Origin: a virus
Lineage: Duplodnaviria > Caudoviricetes
IMG/VR virus record: IMGVR_UViG_3300020045_007141
Span: 1-39,633 of that record
DNA: 39,633 nt
Reading direction: 5' to 3' (one strand)
A program made the translations under genes and the position numbers. Position 1 is the stretch's first letter; every line of letters starts with the position of its first letter. The notes beneath the pieces are model-generated. The model was not told the DNA's origin, searched no databases, and saw only the letters and a program-made list of their open reading frames with translations. Positions 35,318 through 39,633 of the stretch are shown here, one piece after another.

Positions 35318-36712
35318 TTAGGAAACGATTGACTGTGAGATGGCGTACAAGACGCCATTTTTGCGCAGGTTGTTGCAGCTCATGTTACCCATGAACAAGA
35401 TCTTGGCAACCTTTGCGGTCTGGTTTTCGGCCTCAATGAACGGCGTAGTCACGATATCCGTCTGCGAATCGATCACCAGTTTGATGGTGTTCAAATTCAG
35501 GAAGAAAATCGTCCCCAGCGTTATCGCTGCTGTACCAGTGTCGACATCCGGGATAACCTCATCCCAGATGAATGTTGCGCCACGGACTTTCAGGTTATCA
35601 AAGCCCATGTCGGCCATCTTCGTGTTGGTATAGCGCACCTGAGTATCCAGGGCGTTTTCATAGGTCTCGTAGGAAACCTGATCACCAACCAGAAGATTCG
35701 GGAAGCCACCTGACCCACGCCCGCAGAAGTTATACATCCTGCGGATGTTGGCCTTGTGTCCGGCGTAGGTGGTCGCCGCTACCGAGAAGTCGTTCCCGGT
35801 ATCGTTGTCACCGTTGGCCGCTGCCGTCCGATGCTCCCAAAACAATTCACCGTCCTCGTTCGTCTCCGCGACGGAGATATTGCCGACGTTGCCGCCGGTC
35901 GTGGGGTTGGTGCGCGAGAGCTTGCGGAAGAAGTACCCCAGGGGATACAGATCCTTCGCCCCATTCCCCGGAACAAAGGTCGCGCCGGAGACAGTGCCAC
36001 GGAGGGTCTGTCCGTTCAGGGTTTCGCGCATGGATGAAGTCGCTTGCTGAATCTTCCAATCCAACAAATCGATCATCTGCGCTTCGCCGCTGTTCTGCCG
36101 TTCCTCAAGACGGGAGATCGCGATAGTGCCAGCGACTTCTTTCCACGGATAAAAAGCCGTAGTCAGCCCTTCTTGAGGGGTTGTATCCAGGGTGTCGTAT
36201 TTCTCATAACTCTGGATGGTTGAGTTGCGTCCGAACATGATCGGCATACGGATCCGTTCACCGCCGTTCTGCATCTTGATGCCGCCCATCTCGCGCAATG
36301 CAGCCAGCCACGCGGAATCTTTGAAGATGTTATCCGCGATCGTGGTCTCCATAGCGTCAAGCGTACTGCTCAATCAGTTATGTTATCGCTGGCTTTCTAT
36401 TTCCAGCTTCTACCCATCTCTAGGTAGCTCAGGTCATGTCACGCCTTTCGGCCCGGATATTTATGGGGATTATATTTATTCACCCCTGACCGTCACACAC
36501 GCCCGGAAAGCCTTTCGCAATCTTTCCTGCTGGCTCGGCGTTTTCTTCTATCGACAACATTAGATGCCTATAGTAAGATTTCCGCCGAATTAACCCGGTT
36601 TTTTAAGGAGACTCAATTTATGCTAATTGAACCTCCAGAGCGTCAATTAGTTTAACGCATCGTAGTTCGTTGTTACTTGTGAGGGCGAGGTATCGCCGCG
36701 AGTAAGTGCCAT
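35318..36712 (-). CDS. Major capsid protein, spliced (exons 36712-36654 and 36374-35318; 371 aa)
   Basis: AGGAG RBS before ATG 36712; joined product MALTRGDTSPSQVTTNYDALLSSTLDAMETTIADNIF...; follows the scaffold gene. Confidence 0.9.
36375..36653 (-). ncRNA. Group I intron, ORF-less (279 nt)
   Basis: P1 GCGTT|AA-actaa-TTGACGC with U-G at the splice site; P/Q AATTCGGCG and CGCCGAG; P7-like GGTCA/TGACC; terminal G; removal restores the frame. Confidence 0.9.
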
Positions 36713-36724
36713 TGTGATCTCCTG

Positions 36725-37519
36725 TTAGGCGCGAATCCCATCACGGCGGATGCGGTCTTTCGCGAACGCCACCGCTTCATTGATGTTCTTAAACACGCCC
36801 GGTTTAGTGTCGGTTGCCGTTTTCGCAGTCGTACTGCCCGACGTCGCCCGGTTTGCCTCGGTCTTGTCCCGAAGTTTATTGAGCGCGGCCTGTGTGGCCT
36901 TGCTTTCCAATACTTCTTTCGGGATAGCCAGCCTTACCAGCATTGCCGGATCGCTCGCCAAGGTGGGATGCGTGTTGATCAGTTTGATCATGTCGGTCTC
37001 ATGCTCGCGCCATTCCGGATATTCACTATCCAGGGCGGTTTCGATCTGACTGCGCTTGGTGTTGCGGATTTCGTTCATGAACGGCTGCATCTCAGTCATT
37101 AATTCCTGCTTGGCTTCGTGCTTGGCCTTTACAATCACTTCATCCCAAGTTTTCGGAACCCAATCCGCTTCCGCCTCTTTTGCAGCGGCGGCGGCTTCGG
37201 CTCGTGTTAACTTGTAACCCTGTTGCGCTGCTAGTTGTTGCATGGTGCCGACCGGATCGCGCATGAAGTTGTCATACGCTTCGATCTTAGATCGATGCTC
37301 CTTGCTTGAGGAACTGACCTCTTGCATTTTCTTGGTGTACGATCCCTGCATTCGCTTGTAAGTTTCTTGAAGCTCGGCGGGGACATCTTTGGCGTCGTAA
37401 AACTGCTTTGGCTCGGGTTGAGCCGCCACGTTAGCCGGGGTTGACGAATCCGCCGGGCTTGCCGTCGCCGGTGCCGCTGCGGGGGTTGCGTCAATCTGCA
37501 CTTCGGTGTTATCGGTCAT
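36725..37519 (-). CDS. Capsid scaffolding protein
   Basis: A/P/T-rich N-terminus, YKRMQGSYTKKMQE, helical body; directly upstream of the capsid gene. Confidence 0.8.
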   Translation of the reverse strand: MTDNTEVQIDATPAAAPATASPADSSTPANVAAQPEPKQFYDAKDVPAELQETYKRMQGSYTKKMQEVSSSSKEHRSKIEAYDNFMRDPVGTMQQLAAQQGYKLTRAEAAAAAKEAEADWVPKTWDEVIVKAKHEAKQELMTEMQPFMNEIRNTKRSQIETALDSEYPEWREHETDMIKLINTHPTLASDPAMLVRLAIPKEVLESKATQAALNKLRDKTEANRATSGSTTAKTATDTKPGVFKNINEAVAFAKDRIRRDGIRA

Positions 37520-37537
37520 GATGACCTCCTGCTATGT

Positions 37538-37597
37538 GGCAACATTTCGCAATGCTGCCGGATCTCCTCGCTCGGATTACTAAGTCCGAGTGGAGAT
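37538..37597 (-). promoter_or_regulatory. Tandem RNA hairpins in the scaffold leader
   Basis: ATCTCC-a-CTCGGA/TCCGAG-cga-GGAGAT and GGCAGCATT-gcga-AATGTTGCC ahead of AGGAGG. Confidence 0.6.
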
Positions 37598-37602
37598 AAT
37601 TC

Positions 37603-37929
37603 TTATATCCAGCGTTCTTTCAGCTTGTTGTGAACGCGGAAATCATACGTGTTCTTCGCGGGGCGGCCTTCCTTGCGCTCCACGCCATATTCTTTGCACA
37701 ATTCCCGTTCCTGTTTGCGGGAGGTGATTCTAACCGGCTCGCCGGTGAGGTCCGTGGTCACAAAGTCCCGTGAGGCGTAATCAGTATGTAAATGAAACTT
37801 GCTGGTTATTAAACGCTTCATCTGGCCTTTGCAAGCTGAGCATTCCGCCAGTTTTTCTTCCATGCCAGCATATCGTTCCTCTTGCTTGCCGCAATCAAGA
37901 CATCTATATTCATACAGAGGCACGGACAC
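37603..37929 (-). CDS. FmdB-like zinc-ribbon protein
   Basis: PLYEYRCLDCG...CSAC...MKRLI. Confidence 0.85.
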   Translation of the reverse strand: MSVPLYEYRCLDCGKQEERYAGMEEKLAECSACKGQMKRLITSKFHLHTDYASRDFVTTDLTGEPVRITSRKQERELCKEYGVERKEGRPAKNTYDFRVHNKLKERWI

Positions 37930-38407
37930 TCTCCCACCTACTATTTAATCCATTCATTTTCAATAAACCCTTATTCCTGCCTTTTACAGTCATATCCATC
38001 ATATTGTCCTGATGCGTCCCTAAAAATAAATGCTCTGGATTAAAGCACGAAGGATTATCACATCTATGTAAAACACACATATTTTCATGAGAGCCTTTAT
38101 TTTTTTCATACGAAATATGATGTGCATACAACAATTTCTTATTCGCCCTTACCTGCCCATAACCCGCGCTACCTAAAGCACCTGTGTATTCCCAGCATCC
38201 ATTTTCTAGTATTCTCATTCTGGCAATAAGTCTCTCGTAAGGGGAGAGGTGATCTAGCTTCAACCGCACTCTTTTATCACCAAGTTTCTTATCCGTATAA
38301 TCTCTACGGCAAGATTTGCATTTACCAACTCTCGGGCTATCATCTATTCTACTTTTTCTATAAAATTCAGAAAGAGGCTTATCCTCTAAACAGGTTCTAC
38401 ACTGCAT
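37910..38407 (-). CDS. Free-standing HNH homing endonuclease
   Basis: Start revised to ATG 38407 after GAGGA; CWEYTG...GYG...AHH...VLHRCDNPSCFNPEHLFLGTHQDN. Confidence 0.9.
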   Translation of the reverse strand: MQCRTCLEDKPLSEFYRKSRIDDSPRVGKCKSCRRDYTDKKLGDKRVRLKLDHLSPYERLIARMRILENGCWEYTGALGSAGYGQVRANKKLLYAHHISYEKNKGSHENMCVLHRCDNPSCFNPEHLFLGTHQDNMMDMTVKGRNKGLLKMNGLNSRWESVRASV

Positions 38408-38410
38408 ATC

Positions 38411-38797
38411 TGTTTCCTCAAGGCCGATAATGATCGGGAGCAAGGCATCCATCAGGTCCACCGGATGCTGCAAATCGAGCATGACATAGACAAAACCACA
38501 CGCGAAGCGCATTCCCTCCCGCAATTTTACGCTTTCAATAATTTAGAACCCTTCTGGCGCACGATGGCGATGTTGCGGTCAGATCCAAAACGCCCCGATG
38601 ACATTGACTCAACCCAGGAAGATCACATTTATGACGCTTTTCGTTATTACTGCATGTTCAAGCCGTCCAAGCCGAAAAAACGCGAAGGCGCACCGGCAGG
38701 GTCTTTGCAGGCGGAGCGTAACCGCCTCGCCAGGGCGCGGAAGTACGCGCAACGGCACGGCGTGACCCTATCCGTGGCCTATACGAGGGTGCGATGA
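38411..38797 (+). pseudogene. terL: Terminase large subunit, C-terminal fragment only
   Basis: FLKADNDREQG...DDIDSTQEDHIYDAFRY; in-frame stop at 38387; no ATPase domain; coupled to the portal-like ORF. Confidence 0.8.
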
Positions 38798-39633
38798 GTA
38801 AAGCTGAAATCCAAGCCCTGTGGGAAGAGCGGATCGCCAAGGCGCTAAAGAAGCGCGAGGACGATTGGGAGAAGCCGTTCCGGGTCGAGATCGCAACGCA
38901 GTACATGGAAGGGCGGCAAAGACCCCCCGAGATCAACGCCGAGGAATGGATCACGGTCAATAAGATTTATTCTCATATGCAGGCGCAGCTTCCGATCTTG
39001 TATTCCCTGGATCCGTACTATTTCGTCAAGTTGAAAAAGTCCTTCGATCCGAACCCGATGATGATCGCCCTCTATGAGGCGAAGGCCGAGGTCCGGCAGA
39101 ACCATTTGAATTACCTGAAAAAGGAACTCGGACTCAAAGACACGGCCAGGCTTGCCATACAGGATGCCCATCCGGCCTTTGGTGCCATCAAAACCCATTA
39201 CGTAGCCGACGAAATCGAGAACGCAGACGCGGACCAGCCGATTCTAGGATCGGACGGCGAGCCGTTGCTCGACGAGAACGGGGAACCGCTCTTGGAGCCG
39301 AAAACCATCCCGATCAACGAGCGGTATGCCATAGATCGGGTCCACTGGAAGGATCTGCTGTTCTCCGAGGATGCCGGGACGTTAGAGGTTAAATGGCACT
39401 GGATCGCGGAGCGGTTTCGGATCACCCCTGAGGAGGCCCGGAAACGCAAGCTGATATCAAAATCAGCCCTCAAAGAGGCGACCATGCAGAACAAGGAGGA
39501 CGCGACTAAGCCGGACGGGATATTCGGTGGCTTGTTCAAAAAGTCGAAGCTGGCGACCAAGCAGGACAAGGCTTGTGAGGTCTATGTCGGCTGGGAGATA
39601 TACGATCTGGACAATAAGGAATGGCTGATCATC
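38794..39633 (+). CDS. Portal protein (3' partial, not in ORF track)
   Basis: MSKAEIQALWEERIAKA...WITVNKIYSHMQAQLPILYSLDPY; 280 codons to the window end; directly after terL. Confidence 0.75.
   Translation, partial: MSKAEIQALWEERIAKALKKREDDWEKPFRVEIATQYMEGRQRPPEINAEEWITVNKIYSHMQAQLPILYSLDPYYFVKLKKSFDPNPMMIALYEAKAEVRQNHLNYLKKELGLKDTARLAIQDAHPAFGAIKTHYVADEIENADADQPILGSDGEPLLDENGEPLLEPKTIPINERYAIDRVHWKDLLFSEDAGTLEVKWHWIAERFRITPEEARKRKLISKSALKEATMQNKEDATKPDGIFGGLFKKSKLATKQDKACEVYVGWEIYDLDNKEWLII

Noticed and set aside
2211-36563. Numerous 60-200 aa ORFs antisense to long genes
   Set aside because: Shadow ORFs without RBS or motifs, expected at this GC content.
38380-38420. Trans-spliced intron explaining the split terL
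   Set aside because: No group I or group II core elements next to the fragment; HNH coding sequence abuts it directly.
38408-38524. N-terminal extension of the HNH ORF
   Set aside because: It is the antisense of the terL fragment; the RBS supports ATG 38407.

Overview
This window is most of a tailed dsDNA phage genome. The virion module is podovirus-like, and the GH108 endolysin and spanins imply a Gram-negative host. From left to right: a short + strand block (1-1622) around a G-run/AT-rich element; a - strand arm (15058 to 1744) running from a Cro-like regulator through a two-frame cytosine methyltransferase, Nin-type genes and a NusG paralog to the lysis cassette and extra virion-like proteins; a + strand early arm (15154-19588) with RecT and an SSB-like gene; a - strand structural arm (38407 to 19737) with HNH, scaffold, capsid, glycosyltransferases, adaptors, nozzle, ejection proteins and tail fibre/spike; and an oppositely oriented, 5'-truncated terminase fragment plus portal start (about 38411 to the end). 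The main signals the ORF track misses are RNA-level. Two ORF-less group I introns split the major capsid gene and the next head gene, and a free-standing GIY-YIG endonuclease with a hairpin-sequestered RBS lies beside the second intron. Two intergenic hairpins with exactly complementary loops lie 4.1 kb apart on the same transcript. A promoter-leader-terminator unit follows the NusG paralog. There are also two candidate structured RNAs and an unannotated (Ser-Arg/Gly/Trp)16 peptide. No integrase, CI repressor, small terminase, tRNA or CRISPR array was seen. All family assignments are motif recognition by eye; no searches or folding programs were run.
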